Positions 49,776 to 60,466 are shown, counted from the stretch's first letter. The stretch is 64,000 nucleotides of DNA from a virus (IMGVR_UViG_3300014205_000175:32001-96000), one strand, 5' to 3'. A program made the numbers and translations. Notes: generated by a model not told the origin, from the sequence alone.

Positions 49776-52373
49776 ATGCGCGATAGCTTGGTTGACTATG
49801 CTGTCAAAAATATCTGGTGTAATCCCAGACAAGACAGCCAGTTTGTACTGAAACCGAAACGCATCAGTGCTCATGAGGGAGTAACTCAGCAGGTGCGAGT
49901 GTTAGGTCGGCTATTGAAGCTACCTAACACTACAGGACGTTGGCATCTTTATCAGATCGGACAAGCAAGTCCTGATACGTTCAATATCTACCGCGATAGT
50001 CCTGACTGGTTGGTCGATCGCTGGGTGCCGTTCTACGATACCGTCCATCGCCACCACGTTTTCATGCAGCTCTATAGTGAACGTGGTGTTGTCATCCCTG
50101 GGCATAAGTGCTGGACGATGTATATGGATGAACGTAACATCATCGTCGCTGTCGAAGAAGCCAATCGCATACCTTTCGACTATCGCCAGGCTGATGTGTA
50201 TCTGCGTATCTATCAGAATGCCTATTTTGAAAGCATTCGTGCTACTGGCGACACTATGATCACTGCGAGCGGCGGTACACCTGTCAATATCGCTGAGATT
50301 CTAGCACTGCAGACGCGTTACCTAGAGTTCAAAACACGTCCCGGTTACTGCTTTAGCTATGTCAATGGCTTACTCGTTGACAGTATCGATTTATACAACG
50401 TCAGAGTCGGCGATCAAGTCGAAATGATTCATGACGCTTCAGTAGCCCGTGTGGTTACTTTTCAACTCAAGAACCTACCCACTTTTGTCAGTGAAAAAGA
50501 CAGTAGTCGCAAATATCTGCTCAGCTACCCTTTCACGGATCGTAACACTATAGAGTACTTCGATGATCAAGAAATCTTTGTTGTCAGCACGCCGTCGACG
50601 CGCTTCAAAGGCGTTTATGTCTATCGCCACGATCCTCGAACCGTTCGTATGGTTACTCATCGAGATTACAGCCTTAGCGTTTCTAGCGTTCTGTATCTTA
50701 CTAATCATCTTAAAGATCTGGTTGAACTAGATGCATCTGGATATGATGATCTAGCCGTACGCCTGATTATCCGTAAAGCGGGCTACGAGCGCACGCTGGT
50801 GTATGAGAATAGTCGCATGCATGAGCTCTATAAACTCGACTATGATAACGTGTTAGATGCAGTGATAGGAACAGGCGATACGTTACCGATGTGGCGCTGT
50901 AGTGCATTGGAAAATAGTCCTTATACTGCACTGATGGCTGCTCGTGCCGAAGAGATTACGCGTGAGCACGTAGTAGCCACGCTCGGGTATAATGCCATGA
51001 GTTGTCTGATGGGATACACTCCGGTGAAACTACTAGCGAATGAATCCAACCGCATCATCGCGCTACCCGAGCTGCTACGACATGATGCCACCATCTATGA
51101 GTATGACGGTGATGGGTTATTGATCGATCACTACCATAATCATTACGGCGTGGACTACATTCCGCGTAATTCACATGCGGTGTATTTTGAAGCACTGCGT
51201 GGTTACAGCACAGATACGCCCGAGGTGATTTTCTCACGCAACGGTATGCTCACGGTACCTACCGCATGTAATTGGCGACTATATAAATCGTACACTATTT
51301 TTAATGATGGTGACAATATCTGGGAAGACATTACCGATAGTGGTCAGTATCAGCTCAATGGTAGTCAGCTCGTACACGGTCAAGATGATGCTGGAATGCT
51401 GCTGATGCTGCGTACCGATCGTAAGTTTCTCGCTTATGATCTAGAGATTCCAATGACTGCGGGGGTGTTGCGCTTCCCGTTGATGGAACAACAAGACCGC
51501 AGTGAAGGCTTGCATTCATATATAATGCCAGTACCAGCCGGAGAGCTCGACATATTCATGAATGGTCGATCGCTCATCGAAGGTATTGACTACATCGTCC
51601 ATTTTCCTAACATACTCATCTGTAACAAGATCTATCTTAATCAGCCTGCTGCCAGCGCTATACAGAAAATCCATGTGCGCTACAAAGGGCTTGCCCACGG
51701 AGCTAGCGAAAAAGCTGACAACACCGGTTTTATCGAGCACGGTGTGCTATCAAACAACCGACGTTTCGATATTCGTGATGATCGGGTAATGCGCATAGTC
51801 AGTGGCGGTTCTTTTAAAACACGTGACGACATGGTGTTCTCCGAGCTTCATCCTGGCGTGAGCATCGTTAACGCTTTGAATGGCCAGCCGTACATGATCA
51901 AAGACATCGTCGTGCCGCTTCGCGAAGTGGTTGATGTTGACACTTATGTGCTGCGTGATGCTTCGCGCCAAATCGACCATCAGGTGTCAGACTATCTCAC
52001 ACAAGAGATTCCTGAACCTGCCCGTGATGCACTCTCAGCGATCACTCATCGACATATTCTCTATAGTCCGTTTATCTCCCGTCTACTCTACGACATAGTC
52101 ACAGGCGGGATGGCTAGCGAAGTCTATACTGCCAACCTTAGCGACCAGCAGATCATGGAGATCTGTCAGCCGTATGAACAATGGCTAGACTTCGATCCGA
52201 TCAAACGTGATAACTGGAGCGACAACCGTTATGTTGTGATCCATCCTCATCAGCATAGCAGCACTTTTTCTATTAACCTTTTCGCATATCGATTTATGCT
52301 GAGGGTAATCAAACTTTACGCTGAAGGTCTAGTAGATCTATCAGCTTTCGTCACAGTCGAACATGCAGCATAA
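49776..52373 (+). CDS. Virion structural/baseplate protein (phiKZ gp27-like)
   Basis: 865 aa; NIWCNPRQD and FMNGRSLIEGIDY motifs. Confidence 0.75.
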   Translation: MRDSLVDYAVKNIWCNPRQDSQFVLKPKRISAHEGVTQQVRVLGRLLKLPNTTGRWHLYQIGQASPDTFNIYRDSPDWLVDRWVPFYDTVHRHHVFMQLYSERGVVIPGHKCWTMYMDERNIIVAVEEANRIPFDYRQADVYLRIYQNAYFESIRATGDTMITASGGTPVNIAEILALQTRYLEFKTRPGYCFSYVNGLLVDSIDLYNVRVGDQVEMIHDASVARVVTFQLKNLPTFVSEKDSSRKYLLSYPFTDRNTIEYFDDQEIFVVSTPSTRFKGVYVYRHDPRTVRMVTHRDYSLSVSSVLYLTNHLKDLVELDASGYDDLAVRLIIRKAGYERTLVYENSRMHELYKLDYDNVLDAVIGTGDTLPMWRCSALENSPYTALMAARAEEITREHVVATLGYNAMSCLMGYTPVKLLANESNRIIALPELLRHDATIYEYDGDGLLIDHYHNHYGVDYIPRNSHAVYFEALRGYSTDTPEVIFSRNGMLTVPTACNWRLYKSYTIFNDGDNIWEDITDSGQYQLNGSQLVHGQDDAGMLLMLRTDRKFLAYDLEIPMTAGVLRFPLMEQQDRSEGLHSYIMPVPAGELDIFMNGRSLIEGIDYIVHFPNILICNKIYLNQPAASAIQKIHVRYKGLAHGASEKADNTGFIEHGVLSNNRRFDIRDDRVMRIVSGGSFKTRDDMVFSELHPGVSIVNALNGQPYMIKDIVVPLREVVDVDTYVLRDASRQIDHQVSDYLTQEIPEPARDALSAITHRHILYSPFISRLLYDIVTGGMASEVYTANLSDQQIMEICQPYEQWLDFDPIKRDNWSDNRYVVIHPHQHSSTFSINLFAYRFMLRVIKLYAEGLVDLSAFVTVEHAA

Positions 52374-52385
52374 AGGAGACAAGAT

Positions 52386-54068
52386 ATGAGTGGTGAAGCT
52401 ATTTCCACTTTGGGCGTGGTGGGTAGCGACGGGGTCGTACCCATTTATGACCCCGAGGCACGCTGGTGCTGGTGGTCGCTGGACGAAATCTATCTAGGCA
52501 CTGAAGGGTCACGTAAATTTATCCCTAAAGTCAACGACTACGTCATGGATCATTCGTCATATACAGTTTATCGGGTTAGACATATTGACCCGGTAACGCT
52601 GGTGGCGAGTTTGGTACAAATCCGTCCGAATGGTATCTCTTATGTTATCGATGAGCGAGATGCACTAATCGGTACGGGTCCTGGTACGCAGTCTGATACT
52701 TACCGCATCTATATCGACACTAGCGTCACGCCTCACACGCTAGCGGTAGATGCTAGACTGAAAGTAGCCGGATCGATGGTTAAATACTGCAAGATATTCA
52801 GGGGTGCAGATCTGTCTGATAGCGGAGATGTCATCACGCGTGTCTACGATGCATCGCAACGCTATACCGGCAACATCGTGAATCTGGAACGCGTGGCGTA
52901 CAATAGCCATGACAACTTCGCGATCTTCACCGTGCCGGTATGCTATACACTAGCCGAACTACCCGATGGTGAGATCGTCACTGCAGTGTTCTACGATGAT
53001 GCAGGTCACGTTGTATCCAAACGTCAGCTACTCGTAGAGAATACGGCATTCATTCGACAGGCTTACGATGAAGAGCGCTATATCACGGCTATCTCGATGC
53101 GTAGCCCATTCCTCTCAGCTACCTATGAGAACCTGATCGAGTTTCCGTTGAACGTACCGCTTACCGCAATGAATCTTATTGGGGTGGTGCATTACAATGA
53201 TGGTAGCACACTGGAACTTCCTGTAGACGGCAGTAAATTCAAAATCTTCGGGCTGGATCAGTATCTGTCTAGCATCGTCGGACAGAAGATTCAGCTGGTG
53301 TTAAGCTATGCCCTGTCACCGAGTGAGTCAGTTTACGGGGCGACTACTGGGGATGGCAAATACATCACCCAAGCCTTTAGCCTGGTGACAGTTGAACCGA
53401 ATAATGCTTATACCGTCAAGGTGTTCGGTTATCCGGAATTTGTCAATCTTTATGAAGGTTATCGCATGCGCTGGTTCATGCTTAACCTCGATCGCAATAT
53501 ATTCGCCGATGTAACCTCACATGTACGGTTTGCTGATAATAGTGGAGGTTTCCGACCGACTGGTTATGGTTATATTCAACGCCATGCTATCAGCTTAAAA
53601 CTCAGCGATGTGTCGGGTGCCTATCGTAACTTCATGCACACTCAAGTGCTCGATGTCTTACTACGAGGTAAACCCGAAGACTATGACACTCCATGGGAAG
53701 TCGCCAGCGAATCTGCTTCTGACGAAGCACTCTATGGTGCTGGCCTAAAAGTTGAAAGACATTATAACTTCAAAGAACGCTTTACCATCCATAGCGGTGT
53801 TGAAGCTTATTCGACCTGGCTTGATCGTGTCTATCGCAACACCTACCCACTCATCAACCGCTTGACAGAAATCGAAATACCACTACCGACGCATTTCGAA
53901 CTGAGGTATCAAGAGCGCACGATGCGTTATGAGATGCAGGATTGGAATAAAGAGCTTAGTCTAGGCGTTGTGCCTATGCTAGGTAGCAATGTTTATATCC
54001 GTTTCATTAAAGTAGCCGGTAGTGGAGATTTGACGCTATCGGTAGCAGCCATGGTAGTAAAAAGCTAA
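52386..54068 (+). CDS. Virion structural/baseplate protein (phiKZ gp26-like)
   Basis: 560 aa; synteny in the sheath-gp28-gp27-gp26-terminase block. Confidence 0.7.
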   Translation: MSGEAISTLGVVGSDGVVPIYDPEARWCWWSLDEIYLGTEGSRKFIPKVNDYVMDHSSYTVYRVRHIDPVTLVASLVQIRPNGISYVIDERDALIGTGPGTQSDTYRIYIDTSVTPHTLAVDARLKVAGSMVKYCKIFRGADLSDSGDVITRVYDASQRYTGNIVNLERVAYNSHDNFAIFTVPVCYTLAELPDGEIVTAVFYDDAGHVVSKRQLLVENTAFIRQAYDEERYITAISMRSPFLSATYENLIEFPLNVPLTAMNLIGVVHYNDGSTLELPVDGSKFKIFGLDQYLSSIVGQKIQLVLSYALSPSESVYGATTGDGKYITQAFSLVTVEPNNAYTVKVFGYPEFVNLYEGYRMRWFMLNLDRNIFADVTSHVRFADNSGGFRPTGYGYIQRHAISLKLSDVSGAYRNFMHTQVLDVLLRGKPEDYDTPWEVASESASDEALYGAGLKVERHYNFKERFTIHSGVEAYSTWLDRVYRNTYPLINRLTEIEIPLPTHFELRYQERTMRYEMQDWNKELSLGVVPMLGSNVYIRFIKVAGSGDLTLSVAAMVVKS

Positions 54069-54070
54069 AG

Positions 54071-54110
54071 ATCTGACTCTTCCCTCCCGTTAAGGAGGGA
54101 AGAGTCAGAT
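54071..54110. terminator. 17-bp hairpin between convergent genes
   Basis: ATCTGACTCTTCCCTCC/GGAGGGAAGAGTCAGAT. Confidence 0.75.
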
Positions 54111-54485
54111 AGCCGCACCTTCATCTTGTAATACTGCTATCATCCGGTCCAGATAATTTTCCATCAACACGTCCCCGACGATTTTATCCCTGAATAAAAA
54201 ACCACCCCATACATCGATGGTGAGCAGATGATCGCGAATAAAGCTATGTAGATTATCATGCAAGCCATGGTGAATCTCGACGTGAATAAGATAGGTCACG
54301 CATAAGTTCATCCAATGCCTGCGACGACGGTTATGCAGTATACTAAATATCAATAGCTTGCCATCGCTGAGCGTCACCTCTAATCGACGAAAAGGAGTCC
54401 AGGTTTTAAAGTTATCAACGTGGATAAAAATAAATTTAGAGCGGGATACGAAATACCTGAATAAAAATCGCACTGCGTTAAACAT
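54105..54485 (-). CDS. Hypothetical protein
   Basis: 126 aa with GGGGG RBS; inserted between gp26-like and terL. Confidence 0.5.
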   Translation of the reverse strand: MFNAVRFLFRYFVSRSKFIFIHVDNFKTWTPFRRLEVTLSDGKLLIFSILHNRRRRHWMNLCVTYLIHVEIHHGLHDNLHSFIRDHLLTIDVWGGFLFRDKIVGDVLMENYLDRMIAVLQDEGAAI

Positions 54486-54637
54486 AGATACACCCCCTGA
54501 ATACTAGCTGCTGGGTACATGACCTGTTGCTTAGTTTTAATAACAGTCACGGAACACACCCACATCATTCTCATACTTTTTCAATAAAGCGAGCGAAAAG
54601 CTATCTTATAGCCGATTTGAAACTAAGGGACGTAAAA

Positions 54638-56788
54638 ATGATACTATTTGAAGAGGACTATCAGACGAAGCATCCAGGTAGCATTATCGACATGGATACG
54701 AGTAACGAGAGCTTCAGAAGACTCGCATTACTCTATCGTGATATGGGAATATCGAATCATGCTTTTCCTCTCGCACTACATAACCCTGAACTAGTAGGTG
54801 TGGACCCATTCGACCCTAATCTCACAGTTGAGCAGATCATTCTCATCGCTGCGGAAGTCAAAAACCCTTGGTATTATTTTCGCGAGATCGCCCGTGCACC
54901 TGGTCGCGCTAGCCCTGAACCAGTTAAGTATAAAGCCCATCGTGGCAACATCGCGCTCTACTGGTTGTTTTTCAATCACGTCTCACTGATCCTAGAGCAA
55001 ATCCGTCAGACAGGTAAATCCTTCGGTGCCGACACCCTCATGACCTATCTCATGAATGGCGGTACGAACAATACACAGATCAACCTCATCACCAAAGATG
55101 AGACGCTACGCTCAGCGAACTTAGCACGACTCAAAGAAGTCCAAGATCTCTTGCCGTATTACCTGAACCTACGTCGCAAGAATGATCTAGCCAATACTGA
55201 GATGCTCAGCGTTAAACTACTCAGTAACGAATTTCGTTCACACCTACCTAACAAGTCTCCGAAGGCCGCGCTAAACGTTGGGCGAGGGCTGGTTTCTCCG
55301 GTATTCCACATCGACGAAGCGGCTTTCATCTATAACATCGGTATCACTCTACCGGCGGCACTAGCAGCTGGTACAGCAGCGCGTGATAGTGCTCGCGCGG
55401 CTGGTCAGCCTTTTGGTACGATCCTGACTACAACTGCCGGTAAAAAAGACGACCGCGATGGTAAATATGTTTACAACATGATCCAACAGTCAGCAATCTG
55501 GAGCGAGAAGTTTCTCGATGCACGTAATGAAGAAGAGCTCTATGAGTTTATTCGTAAGAACTCCTCGCAGCGTGCCGGAGACTCACGCCGCGGAGTGCTG
55601 CGAGTATATGCAAGCTTTAACCATAAACAGTTGGGTTATACCGATGAATGGCTTTATCGAGCGATCGAAGAATCGAATGCCACGGGTGAAGACGCTGACC
55701 GCGACTTCTTTAACCGTTGGACTTCGGGTTCACAGTCTTCGCCGCTGACTCCAGAAATGGCTGAGAAAGTCAGAAATTCCGAAGATAAAAACTACTACAC
55801 CGAAATCTCACGACCCTATGGTTACATCACGCGCTGGTACGTCTCTGAGCAAGAGCTCGAACACGAGATGCGCACCGAACATCATGTCATGAGTCTGGAT
55901 ACTAGCGATGCTGCAGGTGGCGATGATATAGGTATGACAATTCGCAATATCCGCACCGGTGCTGTAACTGCATCGGGTAACTACAATGAGACCAACCTCA
56001 TTACGTTTGCTGAATGGATTGTCAACTGGTTGATTAGATACGAACATCTGACCCTCATCATCGAGCGTCGTTCTACTGGCTCGATGATAATCGATTATCT
56101 AATCGTGATGCTGGTAGCGAAAAACATCGATCCTTTCAAACGCATCTATAACCGTGTCGTGCAAGACGCTGACGAACAAACCGATCGCTTCAAAGAGATC
56201 GCCCGTCCGATGTTCGCCCGTGATAGCAGCATCTATACGCGTCACAAAAAAGCGTTCGGCTTCGCTACTTCGGCAGTCGGAGCCACGAGTCGTACTGATC
56301 TCTACGGTACGAGTCTTAATAACGCGATCAAATACACCGGTGACTCCGTCCATGATAAGAAAACCATCGACCAGATCTTAGGGTTAGTGATCCGTAATGG
56401 ACGAGTCGATCACGCTGAAGGCGAACACGACGATAACTGCGTCGCGTGGCTCTTGTCGTACTGGCTAATGTCACAAGGCAAACATCTCGAATACTACGGC
56501 ATCGATAGCGCTAAGATTCTCTCGCAGTCTAACTTCCGTAAGCAAGAGATCCAGTCTGGTGATGTATATGAGCAGTATTATCAAGAGCAGCTCAAACAAC
56601 AGATCAACACCCTCACCGAACAGCTACGTAACGAACGCGATGACTTTATCGCTCGTAAGCTAGAGTTTCAGCTACGTTCAGTAGTACAGAAACTCGACAC
56701 CTACGATAACGTGCATATGTCGGTCGATGACCTTATGAAGCAGCTCAATCAAGAACGCCAGATCAGAAACCGCATCCATCGCTACTAG
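54638..56788 (+). CDS. terL: Terminase large subunit (phiKZ gp25-like)
   Basis: Walker A RQTGKS, Walker B FHIDEAAF, TTTAG coupling motif, nuclease LDTSDAAGGD and EHDD. Confidence 0.93.
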   Translation: MILFEEDYQTKHPGSIIDMDTSNESFRRLALLYRDMGISNHAFPLALHNPELVGVDPFDPNLTVEQIILIAAEVKNPWYYFREIARAPGRASPEPVKYKAHRGNIALYWLFFNHVSLILEQIRQTGKSFGADTLMTYLMNGGTNNTQINLITKDETLRSANLARLKEVQDLLPYYLNLRRKNDLANTEMLSVKLLSNEFRSHLPNKSPKAALNVGRGLVSPVFHIDEAAFIYNIGITLPAALAAGTAARDSARAAGQPFGTILTTTAGKKDDRDGKYVYNMIQQSAIWSEKFLDARNEEELYEFIRKNSSQRAGDSRRGVLRVYASFNHKQLGYTDEWLYRAIEESNATGEDADRDFFNRWTSGSQSSPLTPEMAEKVRNSEDKNYYTEISRPYGYITRWYVSEQELEHEMRTEHHVMSLDTSDAAGGDDIGMTIRNIRTGAVTASGNYNETNLITFAEWIVNWLIRYEHLTLIIERRSTGSMIIDYLIVMLVAKNIDPFKRIYNRVVQDADEQTDRFKEIARPMFARDSSIYTRHKKAFGFATSAVGATSRTDLYGTSLNNAIKYTGDSVHDKKTIDQILGLVIRNGRVDHAEGEHDDNCVAWLLSYWLMSQGKHLEYYGIDSAKILSQSNFRKQEIQSGDVYEQYYQEQLKQQINTLTEQLRNERDDFIARKLEFQLRSVVQKLDTYDNVHMSVDDLMKQLNQERQIRNRIHRY

Positions 56789-56872
56789 TACCGTCACTCT
56801 TCCGGCCGTATAAAGGTCGGAAGAGTGATTTTACGTTTTTAGGTTGAGTGGTAGTGAAGTTTTTTTCAGTCA

Positions 56873-56938
56873 CATATATATTACGTGAAGACTGCCGCTC
56901 TGGCGTCTTTCTATCTTCTAATACCAGGAGCCACCACT
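56873..56938 (+). promoter_or_regulatory. Early promoter motif + stem-loop + RBS leader
   Basis: CATATATATTACGTG, GAAGACTGCC..GGCGTCTT stem, CAGGAG; homologous to 34858-34918. Confidence 0.75.
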
Positions 56939-57499
56939 ATGCAAACCATCAAAGTCACCAGCCGCGAAGAGCTTATCAACATCATTCATCGAGCGCCATT
57001 GAACGCAGATTTGAACCATCTGGACGTAAGTGCAGTCACGGACATGAGTCTGGTGTTTGCCGGCAGTCGGTTCAACGGCGACATTTCGAAGTGGGATGTA
57101 TCCCGAGTTACCAATATGAACTCTATGTTCTCTGATGGCTGGTTTACTGGCGATATCTCACAGTGGGATGTCAGTCAGGTAACTGACATGAACGGTGTGT
57201 TTTCATGTAGCCAGTTTAATGGCGACATCTCGTGCTGGAATGTCTCATCCGTCAAAGACATGGGATGGATGTTTGCTGGCAGTCAGTTTAACAGCGACAT
57301 CTCGCGCTGGGATGTCAGTCACGTAACCGATATGCGTTGGATGTTCCACAAAAGTCTGTTCAACGGCGACATTTCGAAGTGGGATGTGGGTAACGTTAAG
57401 ATCATGAAGGCGATGTTCAGATGCAGTCGGTTCAATAGTGACATCAGTCGTTGGAGTATTGGTCCCGATACGGACGTCAACGGCATGTTCGACAAGTAA
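56939..57499 (+). CDS. DUF285/BspA-type repeat protein, copy 2
   Basis: Seven 22-aa FNGDISxWDVS repeats; N-terminus MQTIKV..REELI shared with copy 1. Confidence 0.9.
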   Translation: MQTIKVTSREELINIIHRAPLNADLNHLDVSAVTDMSLVFAGSRFNGDISKWDVSRVTNMNSMFSDGWFTGDISQWDVSQVTDMNGVFSCSQFNGDISCWNVSSVKDMGWMFAGSQFNSDISRWDVSHVTDMRWMFHKSLFNGDISKWDVGNVKIMKAMFRCSRFNSDISRWSIGPDTDVNGMFDK

Positions 57500-57524
57500 C
57501 TTCAATTAACAGGAGATCCGCATC

Positions 57525-57827
57525 ATGAACATCCAAGAACGCCGTGCTAACATAGCCGGAATCATCGCCGGACTGCTGTTTCAAGAAACCGAACACGTCA
57601 AGATCTACGATGTTCATGTGGTGCGGATGCGGCCCGATGGTATCGATTTTAGCCATACCACCGACGAAGGTCACGAAATCGTCTCGATGCGCTCGACACC
57701 AGGAGGGTTGGTGCAGATGTATATCCGCAACGATTCGAGCAGTCGCTGGATCGAACGCCGCGCCTCGGAACTTCCTGCGAAGTATTTCCATGTCTACCTC
57801 CAGTATAGTAAAGAGCTCGCAGCGTAA
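57525..57827 (+). CDS. Hypothetical protein
   Basis: 100 aa with AGGAG RBS. Confidence 0.65.
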   Translation: MNIQERRANIAGIIAGLLFQETEHVKIYDVHVVRMRPDGIDFSHTTDEGHEIVSMRSTPGGLVQMYIRNDSSSRWIERRASELPAKYFHVYLQYSKELAA

Positions 57828-57831
57828 GTAT

Positions 57832-57887
57832 CGCCTCTCCCACCCCGGCCATTGAGGCTAGGGGTGGGAGAGGCGTGTTTTTTTTTT
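57832..57887 (+). terminator. Intrinsic terminator
   Basis: CGCCTCTCCCACCCC/GGGGTGGGAGAGGCG stem plus T-run. Confidence 0.8.
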
Positions 57888-57893
57888 GGCCTG

Positions 57894-58211
57894 TCAAGCA
57901 GAATTACCTTGTCGCATACGGGCGACGACTGAAGGGTCGTCTTCTCGATGCGGCGGTGCGTCTGGGTCACCCTTACCATGCGAAGCCAGATAAGCCTCGA
58001 ACTCCTGAGCGAGTCGCCGCATATCTGCCACATACGTCGAATCGTAACCCAGCCGCTCTGCTTCATCCACATAAGCACGTAAAGCAGCAGGAGCCGCTGG
58101 ATCTTTAGCACCGAATACCATATTGGGCCACTCGGGCACAGTGCCATCACGGCGCGTTACCAGATATTTCCCTTCAGGTGCTTTGTCACCATATCTCCAC
58201 AAACCAGCCAT
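57894..58211 (-). CDS. Conserved hypothetical phage protein
   Basis: GKYLVTRRDG..KDPAAPAALRAY motif; GGAG RBS. Confidence 0.7.
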   Translation of the reverse strand: MAGLWRYGDKAPEGKYLVTRRDGTVPEWPNMVFGAKDPAAPAALRAYVDEAERLGYDSTYVADMRRLAQEFEAYLASHGKGDPDAPPHREDDPSVVARMRQGNSA

Positions 58212-58237
58212 ATCGATCTCCAGATGTTAAAGAATAC

Positions 58238-59464
58238 CTACTGATGGTAGGCGTGTTTGGTGTAGGCTCTGAGGCAGATGTAGATAAATACCGCGTTACG
58301 GATCGCAGCGAGAGTCTGTTCGCTCACGTGCCCGGTAGCTTTACTCACGATACTACTGCCAAGCTTACGCAGTTGCTCTAGATCCGCGCTATTTTCGCGT
58401 GACGACAGTACGTAGCCTTTGAGGTTACTCGTTAACACGATGAGATTTTTCGAGCGATGCAGTACATACTCGTTTTTGAGCAGATAGTTATACGACAGCA
58501 CCAACGACATATCGACGAACTGCAACACGAGCTCGCGTTCTTTGCCGGTGATGTTATCAGCCATCCACTGTAGCACTAGACGAAACGATTTACCGCTAGC
58601 GGTAGGGATCACGCTCTCAACGACCGCCATCAGTTCTTGCTTAATGAAACTGTTGCGATCAGCTAGGGTTTCTAGCACATAGGTTTTGTAGTTATCCAAC
58701 CCATGGATGCGATCTTTGACGATCTCTTCCCCGTCGGCATCGACCATCGTCGACGAGCTACTATGGATCTTGCTACCGCTCTCGTGAACTTTGATGAACT
58801 CCACGTAGATGTTTTTGAGCATATCCTTGGTGCGGCTTTGCAGATCGTTGATCGCGTTGACGATCCCAGCGTCATCGGTATACGGAATGAGCTTTTGATA
58901 ATGTACGCCTTGCGGGTCGACGAATTCTTCCGCGCGATACTTGAACACTTCTTGCCACGTACCGAGTTTCTTGATGAGATAGCGGCCACTCAGGCGTTCA
59001 TACACCGCTTGGGCAGTGTAAGTGTCGATCGGGTATTTAAAGTAATGCACGAGTAAGGCAGCGATCGTGCGATAGCCAAAGATCAGTCCCACGTCCACTG
59101 CCGCTTCGACTCGCTTATGCGGATTCAGATACGGAGAGGTGAGGAAACGATGGATCATGTACACGAGAGTTTGATTGAGTGCATCGGATGAGATTTTAAA
59201 TTCATGGTTGATGGTGTCTATGGTACCAATTTGGCGTTCGACATACATCGCTTCACGATCCATCATCTCATCGAAAAACTCGGCATAGTCTTTCAACGTG
59301 AACCGCACACGGTGCACTCCCATCAAGTTGCCACCGAAAAACCCCATATGTTCAGGGTTACGATTGACGAACTCGATCTGGTAGCGCTTGACTTTTTTGG
59401 CTAGACGAGCGTCGAACTTTACATGAGCGAATAACTCGTCGAACACTTCTTTGATCGTAATCAT
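58238..59464 (-). CDS. Conserved virion protein (phiKZ gp32-like)
   Basis: 408 aa; HMGFFGGNLMGV and YLIKKLGTW motifs. Confidence 0.65.
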   Translation of the reverse strand: MITIKEVFDELFAHVKFDARLAKKVKRYQIEFVNRNPEHMGFFGGNLMGVHRVRFTLKDYAEFFDEMMDREAMYVERQIGTIDTINHEFKISSDALNQTLVYMIHRFLTSPYLNPHKRVEAAVDVGLIFGYRTIAALLVHYFKYPIDTYTAQAVYERLSGRYLIKKLGTWQEVFKYRAEEFVDPQGVHYQKLIPYTDDAGIVNAINDLQSRTKDMLKNIYVEFIKVHESGSKIHSSSSTMVDADGEEIVKDRIHGLDNYKTYVLETLADRNSFIKQELMAVVESVIPTASGKSFRLVLQWMADNITGKERELVLQFVDMSLVLSYNYLLKNEYVLHRSKNLIVLTSNLKGYVLSSRENSADLEQLRKLGSSIVSKATGHVSEQTLAAIRNAVFIYICLRAYTKHAYHQ

Positions 59465-59949
59465 CGAGCGATGAACTTCATGAAGCTCTCGCGGCTATAG
59501 AAGACGCGATCGGCGTGTTCTTGCGCATAGTCGGAAAGCACACCACAGGGACGCGTGATACGACCATGCATCTCTAGCACTACATAGCGTTTCTTCGCTT
59601 GAGCGTCTAGTGCGATACGGAGTTCATCGAATGCACGCGAAGGCTGCTGGGTAATCGTGTCGGTATCATTCACGTAGACGACTGAGTCCTCAGGTTCTTT
59701 ATCTAACTGTTGATGCACCATCAGAATCGCTGCTGACTCGACTTGGTTGGTTTCATTACTTAGACGTGTAGTGTTCTCTCCTAGTACTTTGAGTAGTGCT
59801 TCAGCATAGACTGAGGAGAGTGGGCCGGTGATGGTTACGGTACTGGCAGCAGTATCAGTAGCTGGTGCGTTTTCAGTAGGTGTACCGATCTGGGTGACTT
59901 GAGCTTGATTGTCAACTGGTTGGTATTTGTTCAGATCTAGTTTAGACAT
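59461..59949 (-). CDS. Hypothetical (possibly head) protein
   Basis: 162 aa coupled to the next gene; GPLSSVYAEAL motif. Confidence 0.6.
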   Translation of the reverse strand: MSKLDLNKYQPVDNQAQVTQIGTPTENAPATDTAASTVTITGPLSSVYAEALLKVLGENTTRLSNETNQVESAAILMVHQQLDKEPEDSVVYVNDTDTITQQPSRAFDELRIALDAQAKKRYVVLEMHGRITRPCGVLSDYAQEHADRVFYSRESFMKFIAR

Positions 59950-60466
59950 GTTCGTTTCCCCGTGAGTAGTGTGGCAGCCAGAAGATTTGTTGTTGTATGG
60001 GTTTTTACTTATCTGACATCCCCCCAGTCCCCCCGATTAGGGGGGACAATAGGGTATGGGCTTAGTGGCTGATATAGCAATGGCGGTAGAGGTTATATTT
60101 CTTAAAAAACCCTTGCGCTGGAGGGATGTTTTTCGTCAGAAAAAAACATCCCGATCCTGCTCAACGTGTGTAAAAAAGCCTGATGGCAACAGTAGCGTGC
60201 GTAAAAATTCATGGGGGGCTTCGCCCCCCTCTCCCCCCCATCTAAATACCTAGTTACGTTCGCTGAAGCTCACTGAGTTACTATGTCCAAAGTATCAGGG
60301 TAGTGCGGTATTTTTTTCACAGCGTTTGAAGCCAGTGTAAAATTTACAAGACTCTGCTGCATACTGTGGTACGCTTATTTGGGTGTATGCTGTTTTTTCT
60401 TTTTACTTTAGCGTTAGTACGGGTTTAGCTCCATGTAAAACCGGCTGCCTGATCTGGGTACGAACC

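Noticed and set aside
26712-56788. Inteins or introns in the RNAP and terminase genes
   Set aside because: The ORFs are continuous and of expected size, and I saw no intein splice or LAGLIDADG/HNH motifs.
38440-57480. The two DUF285 repeat tracts as a DGR template/variable pair or CRISPR array
   Set aside because: They are in-frame 66-bp coding repeats with no unique spacers, differences are not adenine-specific, and no reverse transcriptase or cas gene is in the window.
60056-60253. 65-aa ORF in the structured intergenic region
   Set aside because: It runs through homopolymer hairpins and has no protein-like features; more likely non-coding.
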